NCBI GenBank assembly: GCA_017499595.2
Contig: CM039009.1
Coordinates: 248,001-312,000 of the forward strand
DNA: 64,000 nt
From: Psilocybe cubensis
Lineage: Eukaryota
Direction: 5' to 3'
Under the pieces are notes generated by a model. The model made no database searches and was not told where the DNA came from. It worked only from the letters and a program-made list of their open reading frames with translations. A program made the translations under genes and the position numbers. The first letter of the stretch is position 1. Each line of letters begins with the position of its first letter. Shown here piece after piece: positions 52,922-64,000 of this stretch.

Positions 52922-54711
52922 TCAGACGGTCATCAAAACCGTCACCACGAGCAGCAACCAGACACCAATATTTAAGGTAATAAATGATGCCGATGACGCT
53001 TTACTCTCTTCTGTCTTCTTCGCAGAGTTTGCTGAGCCAGTCAGTGTAACCTCGCCGGCTGGGAAACCCCTCACTCGTTAATGAAAAATTCTCGGGACTA
53101 ACGATGACAAAATGCTTACAGGAAATAGCTTCAGAGATTATTGGAGAATTCTTTTCCGAGCCCGCGGTCTCCAAATACGCATCTTTCATTTCCTTTTCCT
53201 GGCAGCTGATGATAGGCTGAATATTGAATGGAGGCTGGTGCGACAAGGCGTCCGGGAGAATGTAGCCCGTGGCCATCTGTACGGTCTGCTCAAACAGATC
53301 ATGTGCCAGCACAATGAAGCCGCTGGACCGGGATGTGGCATTCTTCATGATGGCTCCCCAATTTTGGAGTACTTCATGAGCCGTTGTCTTGCCGCTGCGA
53401 ATGTTAAAGTCTGGAGGTGGTAAGGGAAAAATTTTGGAAAATAGGCAATAATTATTTTTATGTCGACTTACCATCGGTATCGAACAATGATGTGTCACTT
53501 GCGCGACTCCACATGACGGGTGTGAGTCCCATAGCCTGCGAAATAGCACGAACGCGGTCGCTATCCCAATCGTCGAAATGTCAGATTAAAGAACGTCAAA
53601 GACATAGGACAAAAAACGCACTCGATATCACCGGTGGGTGGCCTCATCATGTTAGGTGTTACTCCCAACACGTCTTTAATAACCTTTTTGGTCCATCCCA
53701 ACTCTGCTATAATCTCCTCGTTGGTGAGTGTCGTCAATGATGCATGACTCCATGTATGAACCGCGATCTGGTGCCCGGCCATATACTCCGCCTGCAAAAT
53801 ATCAGGGTGCGATATAACTCTCGATCCGACGACAAAAAACGTGGATTTGATTTTGACCTCGTCAAGGTACGCAAGGAGGTCTGAGGAGTAGAGTGACGGT
53901 CCATCGTCGTATGTAAGACCCCAATCCATGGCTGCGGGACACTCGACAATGTCAGTAGGACGGGTGCAGCCACCGCACGTCCACCAGCATCTGTCGGAAT
54001 CCATTGCGAAAGCAGAGTTATTGGAACATCCCCCTTCATGTTTGGGAAGAAGAGTCTCGTTTAGGAATGACGTCAGAAGCAAATATATCAGTTTTCACAC
54101 TCACCTGGCTGCGAAGGTTCCAATCCAGGAATTACTACGCCCGTTTTCTTTACTTCTTCCACCCACATCTTAACCTGTTCAGAATCAACTGGCGGAACTT
54201 GATCGAGTGGCGGATAATCAGTTGGCTTCAACAATGCAGCTACAAAAAAACAATAAGCCATCGCCGTTTTCTAAAGAACGCGTAGATTGAATAAAGTAAC
54301 CTCACCATTCGGAAGTGCAGGTGCATCCGGGATAAATGTAGGCGTCGCTCCAGGCGCAGCCGTATGTTTTAACTGTCTAGTTGATGTCGCATGTTCATCT
54401 GTGTTTATAGCCGAAAGAGGGATAGCCGTTGGGTTAATGGAGTGGAGAGAAAACGACGCAGTCGCAGTGGCAGTCTCGCTCCCTGCAGCCTGTGCAGATG
54501 AGGTTTGGGGCGCAGTCATTTCACTGGACCTAATACCGGATCCACTAGCCGAAGCGGTTTCTCTGACCTGACGAAGAACTATTCGCGCGTTGCCGCGATT
54601 TGAAAGAGCGTCAAATCCAACATGATTATCACCGCCATAACCAGTGGCGGCGAGAATTGAGGGAGAAATTACTGTAAAAAGAGTAGTGACAGTGGTCCCA
54701 GAAAACTTCAT
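52922..54711 (-). CDS. Chitin deacetylase (CE4), secreted, probably GPI-anchored
   Basis: Signal peptide; CWWTCGGC, TYDDGP, HTWSH, RPPTGD, LAHD; hydrophobic C-terminus. Confidence 0.93.
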
Positions 54712-55009
54712 GGTTGTTGAAAGAAGGAACGAGGTGAAAGGTCAGTGCCACAAACAAAAATTTCAAGGTCGAGAGTCTTCTTTTTGCCGCCCATGATCTA
54801 AAAATAGACGTATTGATCGAGCCCCTAATCAGACAAAATTGAAGTTCAAAAAAAGATATACATTAAAAGAAATGGAAGATGGTATAAAAATGTTAAAAGA
54901 AGAGTATAAAAATTATATGGCATCGAAAATAATAGTTTGGTGACCAAACTTTGGTCAAATTAAATGGACAAAATGAACCAATGTCCATCCCAATCAGTGC
55001 ACGCACGCA

Positions 55010-57064
55010 CTACCACTGCTGAGCCATTGCACCAAGAACGACTGCGCTGATGATCCCAAGGATTATGGATGTTGTAGACGCCATAACATTGCTGAGTCCA
55101 CCCAGTGCAAGATTTGGCGCGCGCGCTGCAGCGCTTTTCTTGATGTTGTTGTTAACGGCCGTGCTGCTGGGAGTCGCGGATACTGTAGTACGAGGTGCAT
55201 TGGGGTTTACGGTTGAAGTAGCATTAGTACCGTTTTTGATGAGATTTTGGCCAATGCCGGCGACGTCTGTGAAATTTGTAAGCCGAGATATCCGATTATG
55301 ATGTGAGAAAGCATTACATTGAGCAAAGTTGGGCATCACAATATCGTTCTCGACGTACGGTTGGGTAATATTGTACCCAACAGCCACAGGGACAATGTGC
55401 TGCCAGCATCGTAAATCTCTGTCAGCAAAGAACCAATTTATCCAGCAAAGAACAAGGCTCACATCAAAGACCTCTTTCAAAAGAGGATAAAACTTCCTGG
55501 CTTCGTTCATGGTCCAGTCATCTAGCTCGTGAGCGAGGATCATCGTCCCAACTTTGTCGAATTTGCCCTTCTTTGCGTCGTTGATCATGGCCTGGTATTC
55601 ATTGTCCACCATATCTTCAGTCACGCCGGGGGTAACACCATATTGCCAGTCCTGCGAATCGTATTCCCAAAGGATGGTGCGCAGTCCCAGGCCATTGGCG
55701 ATGGCGCGGATGCGGTCGTCGACGTCACCGAACGGAGGCTGGGGACATATAATAGTAGACTATCTTTAGCAATCCGAGGAGATACACAGCAGAAGCGCTT
55801 ACCCTCCAGCATGTTGGCGTTACGCCCGCCGCTATCTTCACAGCCTGCATCTATATTACATACGCCACAATCAGCAATTCAAGAAGTCCAAAGAGTTGTA
55901 TTGCCGAGAATAGTAACCAAATGCCCGACGTGCTTACACCTGTCAAATCACGATCAGGAATCACAAGAGGGGGAACGTAATAGACGAGCACTCACTGTAA
56001 TATAACTCTGCAAAGGCATCTTCGCTGGAGAATGCGGTCACTATTCGACCGTGAGTTGTAGAAGAGAAGGAATACTGTCAAACGCGTACTGTAGTGATGC
56101 GACCAACTATCTGTTAAATTGCATAGGTAAGCTGGGTTGTGTACAGATATTCAGATTAATTATCACTCACGGACACAGATTTCATGGCCTATGATAGAAA
56201 TTGTCAGCCTCCCCGATTCCAGCCATGTACTGTGCACATAAAGAGTGCTCACCATCCGCAACCGCCCTACGCGTTTCCATTGGCCAGTCCATCACGTTGC
56301 TGCCAATGTAGAACATCGCTGTCCATACTGTCAGCCTCCATTCCATTTACCGCATTTGGAAACTCACTAGCTTTCTGATCCTGCGACTGCAAATAATCGT
56401 AAAACGCGTTATGCGAACAGTTGGGTCCATCATCAAAACCGTATCCTAAAGTTCGGGGCTAGTTACATTAGTCGTGAACTTGTTCAAAACCAAAGCACAT
56501 TGTGGTGGCGTACTTCAGGCATAATGGACACATCAGGTGGCAACCCAGCTGCTTTGGGCGTCATGCACTTAGTGTTCGTCCACCAACAATCCGGGTCCTC
56601 AGCTGGGTAATCCAGGCCCGTTGTGTTCCCTTGCAAGTCTCCCTGAAGATTTCGTTTAACAACGTTGTATAAATGGAAAGTTAGATGACATACCTTTGGA
56701 GGGATATCGGGGACGTTTGCTTTGATACTCGCCCATTTAGCGAGCGCGTTTCCATCCTCTGGGAGGATAGTCGCGGGTCCCCATATGGGCGGGAAGGAAG
56801 CGAGAGCGTCAGCAATAGGTTGGTAGAGGTACGGCTCGCATTCCTTGTTGGGATCTATGTTGAAGAGATGGTGGGTTAAGTAATATTGAAGAGATAGGCG
56901 CGTTGTGCAATTTTTTACTGAGATGAGTACAGTGGAAATGTCATACCTTTGATGGAAGATTCGCCCTTCTCAGTAGAACGATCAGGTTCACCTCTCCGCT
57001 GGTGAGCATCGACCATGCTGACAGCTGAAATTGCCAAAACGCCTAGTGTGAAAACGACTTGCAT
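55010..57064 (-). CDS. Chitin deacetylase (CE4, MP98/Cda2-like), probably GPI-anchored
   Basis: MQVVFTLGVLAISAVS signal; CWWT, GFDDGPNCSHNAFYD, HEICVHSWSH, PPFGDVDDRIR, LAHE; Ser/Thr stalk and hydrophobic tail. Confidence 0.92.
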
Positions 57065-58796
57065 CCTCTTGCTTTGGCTCTAAATGGAAAATAATTGGCA
57101 ATTGATTTAGGCGAGGAGGCTGACTGTGGTATAGGATGGGTATCTGTGGTGGTTTGGTATCTGGATTGGAGCAGTAGATAAGAGGAATTTATATTTATGT
57201 GTGTAGATTTATAAGAAATAAACGCGATAGTGAGAGAAGGGTATGGGCGTAGAATGGAATTGATGGATGATGCAAGGTAATGAAAAGAAGAGAAGATGAG
57301 CGACGCGCCTCATTTGTAGAAAGTTGGCTTGGGATATTTTTGGAATCTAAATTGATCGGCCTGAGGCTGACCAGTTTTTGAAGTACTTACCTGGTTTCGA
57401 GACTGGATTTGTCCGGTATATCTTTGATTTGGATAAGCAAAACGTGAACATTTCATTGGTCGAACGACTATCTGCCAAATATATGTGCCGACAGATGATA
57501 CGAAAGAACCTAACTGGTCGCACAAATCTTTATAACAGACGGGAGGAAGTGTCACTATCTACCAGAGAGCAGCACTTAACCTCACCATTTACACTGTGAG
57601 AGCCTGTATAAAATGTAAAATTTCTGCAGAAAAGGATGGAAAGATAACTTTTAGAGAGCCAGATTCGAAGGGCAATGACTAAAAATAGAACAGCGTGCAG
57701 CTAATCTAATCTAATCAGTGCCTCATGACGCAAACTGATGTGCTTGGCGTCGGCCATCAGCGTGAGCGCAAACAACCGCAAGCAAGCGTGCCTTCCGAAT
57801 TCAATTTTGAATAGCAACAAACACCGGTTTTTTCCTTGACTTTGCTTAGTCTTTGAGCGTCTCTTACAATTATCTTTAGGAAGTACAAGAACGCCCATCG
57901 GTGGTTCGATTCAAAATTGGTACGAGATTCCATTCAATCTTGACGCTGACCTAATGTCGGTTTCTGCATCATATTTAGGACTCTTATGGAGCCATTGTAG
58001 CATTTGAATAATCCCTAAAATGCTCCATTGGTGGGGAATGTGGTTGCTGGTATCCTAGAATCTAGCAACATGTCGCGCGTCTGGTGTAACTGGCAGAAAC
58101 GCTTCTGAAGTCATCGTTGCCGATCGAATCCGGGGCCATATCAACCCACAACATAACGATCTGCAGTCTTGAAGTTGAATCAAGTGCGACTGAATATTAG
58201 GATAACGTCGCGCTCTCTTACTGAGGGTAAATGTCCATTGAGAGATTTCAGGGCCCTTCACACTGTTACCGAATCAACTACCCCGCATGCAGTTACGAGA
58301 GCTGGTATGAAGACCTATGAGATCATCCACCAGCATCATCGGCATGTTACAGTGTCATACCGACGTCACGGTGCCTTGGCACTCTTGGATAGGGACTCTG
58401 CGTCTGCTCATGAAATACAGGTAAAGTTCAATAGTACTCATATGAACGCTATGCTCATTGCAGCAGCTCATATTATCTACGTCAAGTAGTATAGCAATAC
58501 AAGGCTCAGGTACTATTAGGCAGGCCGGAATTCATCAAGAAAAGCGAGAGGAGTTTATATATTTAGGTCCGGAGAACCTGGGATGACATCACTTCCACAA
58601 TTCGGTCAGCAATGCCCCAAACATAAAGGAAGACATTTCGAATCCGACTCAAAACATTACCCTGGACGTCGCTGAGACATCCTGGAGCTCTCTTCACCTT
58701 CGACTACTTGATTTCTGGTAGACCTCGGATTGGATACTTTGCTTTCTGCTCACCACCCATCCTGCCTCGTAATTTTCTAATCGTCATTCACTAGCA

Positions 58797-61282
58797 ATGC
58801 CTCTTTTCTATATGTGAGTAATTTTACCGAAGAGTGATCTGATCACTCATACTCGTATGACAGGCACGGCATGCCCATCGGTGGCACGGCGATCATGCTC
58901 GCCCTCGTCGCTAGTATGGGCGGGTTTATATTTGGCTACGACACAGGCCAGATCTCAGATATCCTACTCATGGAAGACTTCAAGCTGCGATTCGCGACGT
59001 GTTCCAATCCGGTCGACCATAATAGTTGTGAATTCTCGACGGTTAGAGCTGGTTTGATTGTCTCTCTACTTTCAATAGGAACTCTTGCTGGAGCGTTGAT
59101 GGGAGCACCGTACGTCGCCGTTAAATTTATGGGATCGTTCTGATTGAATCCGTTTGAATAGAATTGCAGATGGGATTGGAAGGAGGCGTGCCATGACGGC
59201 CGAATGCCTTCTGTTCTGTATAGGAATTATCGTACAGTTAACCAGCTTTCATGTGTGGCAACAGGTAGCAGTTGGGCGTCTTATATCAGGCCTTGCAGTC
59301 GGAGCTCTGAGCGCCGCTGTACCCATGGTACGTTTAGAAGGTTTTCGACCAATACGTCTATTTATTGTTATCGTCATTAGTATCAAGCAGAGACGGCTCC
59401 AACCCAGATACGAGGGACTTTGACGGCTACATACCAGTTATTCATCACCCTCGGCATTCTCGTCGCTTGTATGTAATTGATTTATCCTCAGTCACCGTTG
59501 TTCTTTGACTCCTCCTTACTTCATAGATTGCATTGCCATTGGCACTCGTAGTCTCCCTGGAGCAGCGTCATGGCGCACCCTGATTGGAATTGGATTCGTT
59601 TGGCCTGTCATCCTTGGAGTTGGCATTCTCTTCATGCCAGAGTCACCCAGGTGGCTCGTGGCGCATGGTCACACCAAAGCTGCAGAACGCTCTATCGCTC
59701 GTGCATACGGCATCAAAGCGGCAGACGAGGGAACGAATCGCTTTGTTCAAGCCGAAGTCGACGAAATTGTCAATCAGGTACAAATGGAAACCAGGCTGAG
59801 ATCTGGATGGATAGATTGCTTCAAACCGAAGAATAAGACACTGTATCGAACGTTGTTGGGTATGACACTCCAGAGTTTCCAGCAACTTACCGGTGCAAAT
59901 TACTTCTTCTACTATGGTGCCACTATTTTCCAGAGTGTTGGGATCAACGATAGCTTTGTCACCCAGATTATTCTGGGCGCCGTCAACTTTGTATGTACGT
60001 TTGGGGGATTATATGTGATGGAAAGAGTACGTTCATCGTTCTCAAGTTCCTTTAATTTTGTTTGCTAAATTTTTCTCACATAGTTTGGGCGCCGGAGACC
60101 TCTTATTTGCGGTGGAATTTGGCAAGCTGCATGGCTGTTCGTCTTCGCTGCTGCTGGTACAGCGAAGGACCCAAGAACTAATTCTAACATTGGAAAGCGT
60201 GAGTATCTCAAAGGATACATCTTGTCCAATTCCCGCTGACGTCATTGCTACCTTCTGTCGGCACACAGTCATGATTGTCAGCGCTTGTTTGTTTATCTTA
60301 GGATATGCAATGACTTGGGCCCCTGGAATATGGATTCTCATCGGAGAAACCTTCCCGACAAGGACAAGGGCTAAACAGGGTGCGCTGTCGACTGCGAGCA
60401 ACTGGTTGTGGAATTTTTTGATTGCGTTCTTCACGCCTTTCATTACCTCCGCAATTGATTTTAGATACGGGTTTGTCTTTGCGGGTAAGATTCTCATTCA
60501 CGTTGTATAGAAAGCCTTCCGAGATATAAGTGATTTATCTTTATCTAGCATGTAACCTCACTGGAGCTGTGATTGTGTTCTTCTTCTTGTACGAGAGTTC
60601 GGACCTTTCACTGGAGAGTGTCGATAACGTATGTATTGTTTTTCAAATCGAATTCAAATCTATTATCCCATTGACCCGACTTCGGCTGACCATACATTCT
60701 TAGATGTATAATGACCCACATTGCAAGCCTTGGACATCCAGTTCCTGGGCTCCTGCTGGTTACTCATCACGCTACGACCTTGTCGAACAAACAAAGGCGG
60801 CCCAGGCACGCAAGCCGCTTGCGAGTGGTGCCATTGAAGAGAAGCAAATCGAGCACGCCGGACAGCCGAATGGCGTCAATGGACAGGCGGTCCCTGGGTA
60901 TACGGCTGCCCCTGGTGTTGGAGCAGGATTCGGAAGCGACGCGGGTGCGGGAGGTCTTCAAGCTCCTCAAACGATGATGAACATGCCCGAACCTGATCTC
61001 CAAGGCACTCAGGGTTACAGACGGGCTTCGAGTCGCGTTCCACCGCCACCCAGCGATAGCTATACGCTGCCTCCTGAAAGTGGGTTCGCGACTGGGGCTG
61101 CTGTGAAACCCGGTGCTGGGGGACGTGAGATTAACGTGGACATGGATCCCAACAGGGGTCTACAGGGTGGAGTTGGTCTGACGAAGGAAGGCCCTCCAGG
61201 AGGTATTGGAATGTCGGAAGCTGATGGACACGGAAACAAGGGCAACAAATTGGAAGCGGGATACTTGGGGAGGGTGCTGTGA
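58797..61282 (+). CDS. Hexose transporter (sugar porter) with a long Gly/Pro-rich C-terminal tail
   Basis: GGFIFGYDTGQI, GRR, PESPRWL, QQLTGANYFFYYG, GETFP and SNWLWNF; 192-aa last exon. Confidence 0.95.
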
Positions 61283-61860
61283 GTTATCATGACCCTGATT
61301 CCTCTCTGCACTTACATTATTCCTCCCATGCTATATATTGGATTACTATAACAGACGACATAATGTCATGATTTCTCCTACATATCATAGTTGTACGATA
61401 GCTCGGTGTATTATTTTATTATACGGCTTGCGGGATTCAGAGACTGATCCCTCAAAATTAATGGTTTTGCGTTCCGTTCTCTTATGTGTGGATGTCAATT
61501 TAATTACTCATGGTTTTACCTTAACTCCTACCGCCAGTATGCAGGGGTGACGCGCGTCCATTGTCAGTCGTGTAGTCGTGTATACATCATATAAGTCTCG
61601 TGCTGGGAATTTTTTTTTTCCGAAAAAAAATAGCAATCGGCGCAGCATTGCCGACCTTCAGGGACAGGGGCTGTTAAGGGCCAGTTATCGACGCAGCTTC
61701 CGAGGTGGTTCATGTCTAAGCTCATGGCCGATGTACTGTGATTGGGTACCATAGGGCTACAATTCTCGATCAACGTGTGTGCAAGCGACCATGCCTCGCC
61801 TTTGGTCTGCCTTGCCTTCATACACCCCTGTGCTTCAATGCAAGTCAGTAGAGATTCCCC

Positions 61861-63642
61861 ATGACATTTGAAGAGTCCTACACTTACCCCGGGATGCAGA
61901 TGTTTGAATCTAAGTGCATGCTAGATGGAGACAAAGAGACGAGCTACTCACCAATATATCGACTCGATTTTGACGTGCTGGGATACATATTCTCGATGAA
62001 CACAGAAATGGGTGCACTGCAGCTGGCTCTAGGTGAAGGGAAACAGAACTCAACGTTCCTCCCTCTAAACATTCTACGCTCATGCTCACAAGTATGTCGT
62101 CAATGGAGACAACTAGCTTGCGGATCCTCGACATTGTGGGGACGAGTCATCCAAGTAGACTTGTTGACGCAGAGGGAGGCTTATTGGAGGGATTGTGTGA
62201 TGCGGAGAACGGGAGATGCACCATTGTGCATATCGGGAGTCATCGATGGTAGAGTGGAGGCTTGTCGTTTGTTTCTCCACGACCTTTTGCGGCGTCAATG
62301 GTGGAGAATCCGCGTGTTTGACGTGCAGATCAGCCATCATTCAAAATTCGACGGCGACACGTGGAGGGTGCTACAAAGACCTTCTCCTATGCTCCAAGTT
62401 TTCAAAGTCGTTCCTCGATGCTGGGACGATTATATATTCCTGGCATTGGAGGAGACTACAGGACGTCTGTTTGCGGATTCTGCGCCTTCTTTGAAAGAGT
62501 TTGCGTTCCCGGAGGCACCAGAGCTGTACATCTCCCTTCAAGCACCATGGATGAAGCATGTGTCGACACTTGTGCTTTTTGGAGGATTTCTTTCTTCGGA
62601 TATGATCGATGCATTGGAAGACATGGGTGATCATTTGGAATATCTAGAATTAAAGGATGGATTCATGAAGCCTCTCGTACAACCAAGACAACGTGTATCC
62701 CTCCCGCATCTTCGAAGATTGTCGGTCACCAACAGACTTCAGATATGTGTATTCCTCCTTCACTACCTCATCCCCGCGCCTGGGTGCTCTCTTTTTCTTT
62801 CGACACATAGGAACACACATATATACCGCAATATCTCGCCCAAGGATATATCCGATATCAACACACAAATTTGGCGATACGCCGATAACTTCTTGTCTGT
62901 GCACGATGCGTTTGTCGATACTCTCCGGCTTGCATATAACTCTAGGTCTTTCTCCTTCACATTGAGCCACGGTCATGCTCCCATTGCCACCGGTTCCTTC
63001 ATATCTCCAGGACGCCGTGAAAGCCCTGAATTCAGTGTCAATATTGTTGCAGGATTTAGGTTGCCCAAACAAACGTCGCGTATCTTCTTAGATGCCATTA
63101 AGCTGTCTCCACGGACAACCATTGTAACGTTTGATTTTACTCCCAGCAAAGTGGACCCTATGGACGAAGAAAATCTACGACCCACGATGGTAATCCCTTA
63201 TCTTTCTTCAATGACTACCCTTGCAACATCCGAATACGGGTTCGAATTACTTCTTCTGGAAGAAAGGAATGCATGCCATTTACCCTGTTTCATAGAGGAT
63301 ATCTTCCCTTCACTGCATACATTCACGCTCAAATATAACGGTCCGCTGGAGAATCGCCCGACTTTCGAAATTTGCATCCTTTCTTTTCTCAAGGCACGGA
63401 TTATAACCGGTAGGCCTCTACCGACCCTCGATGTATCAGATTTTGCATTAGAAAAGTTGTGGATTCGTTCTCGTGGGCGTGAAATCAAGAATTGGAAGTA
63501 TCTGGAGGATATACCCGGGCTGAAGGTAATACTCCATAGTAGGCGTTCCATCTATGGGGTTGTAGCTAACTTTAGAAATGACGGAGAATGGGAGGAATTT
63601 TATGTTTGCGGCTCAGGGGAACCGAACAGACTTGTATCATAG
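61861..63642 (+). CDS. Intronless F-box-like protein
   Basis: SPIYRLDFDVLGYIF...CSQVCRQWRQLACGSSTLW followed by LRR-like segments (LPHLRRLSV). Confidence 0.85.
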   Translation: MTFEESYTYPGMQMFESKCMLDGDKETSYSPIYRLDFDVLGYIFSMNTEMGALQLALGEGKQNSTFLPLNILRSCSQVCRQWRQLACGSSTLWGRVIQVDLLTQREAYWRDCVMRRTGDAPLCISGVIDGRVEACRLFLHDLLRRQWWRIRVFDVQISHHSKFDGDTWRVLQRPSPMLQVFKVVPRCWDDYIFLALEETTGRLFADSAPSLKEFAFPEAPELYISLQAPWMKHVSTLVLFGGFLSSDMIDALEDMGDHLEYLELKDGFMKPLVQPRQRVSLPHLRRLSVTNRLQICVFLLHYLIPAPGCSLFLSTHRNTHIYRNISPKDISDINTQIWRYADNFLSVHDAFVDTLRLAYNSRSFSFTLSHGHAPIATGSFISPGRRESPEFSVNIVAGFRLPKQTSRIFLDAIKLSPRTTIVTFDFTPSKVDPMDEENLRPTMVIPYLSSMTTLATSEYGFELLLLEERNACHLPCFIEDIFPSLHTFTLKYNGPLENRPTFEICILSFLKARIITGRPLPTLDVSDFALEKLWIRSRGREIKNWKYLEDIPGLKVILHSRRSIYGVVANFRNDGEWEEFYVCGSGEPNRLVS

Positions 63643-64000
63643 TGGTCTCTACAGGGTCAAGGTCGTTTTTTGATAATGCCAAATATTGCCATTGCCAATT
63701 TCATGAAGGATATGCATTACATCTAAGACTGATAACTCGCTATTTTCCCAAAACTTCATATGACTTTATGACAGGTGTTATAGTTGTCAAGGATATCAAA
63801 GGGAAGTCTGGATAAACTAGGAAACGTGGTTGCTTGGACCGCATTGACAATTACCAAGTCATAGCATTGACGAACAATAGACGCCCACTGATCACGTGGC
63901 TTGTAGAGTTCTTGAAGAAGTAGGTGTATATTAGTGGTGCAGATTAGCCCGGATAGTCGCCTAATTGTTTCGCAATCACCATTTCGAGTCGCATTGTGGG

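Noticed and set aside
61606-61630. T-run/CCG/A-run hairpin upstream of the F-box gene
   Set aside because: Pairing is between homopolymer runs only, and bacterial terminator logic does not apply.

Overview
Intron-rich fungal genomic DNA, inferred to be from an Agaricomycete mushroom on the basis of short GT-AG introns and the gene families present. About 17 host genes can be reconstructed: two secreted proteins, two F-box proteins, two sugar porters, a Zn2Cys6/coiled-coil protein, an S53 peptidase, a Ser/Thr-rich membrane protein, a 7TM-like protein, a P450, a DHA1 MFS transporter, a compact PI-PLC, two tandem CE4 chitin deacetylases and two adjacent nucleotidyltransferases. One NTase is an AbiEii/MenT (DUF1814-like) domain buried in a ~1170-aa Q/N/P-rich protein; the other is a Trf4/Cid1-like polymerase interrupted by one in-frame TAG. 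There are two TSD-flanked DNA transposons. The first is a 6.1-kb element (32790-38912) with no recognisable transposase, carrying a decayed JmjC-like gene, two different 35-bp arrays that share a palindromic core, and nested hairpins. The second is an 875-bp hAT-type MITE (41779-42653). All calls come from manual reading, with no database searches, and exon boundaries are approximate unless stated.
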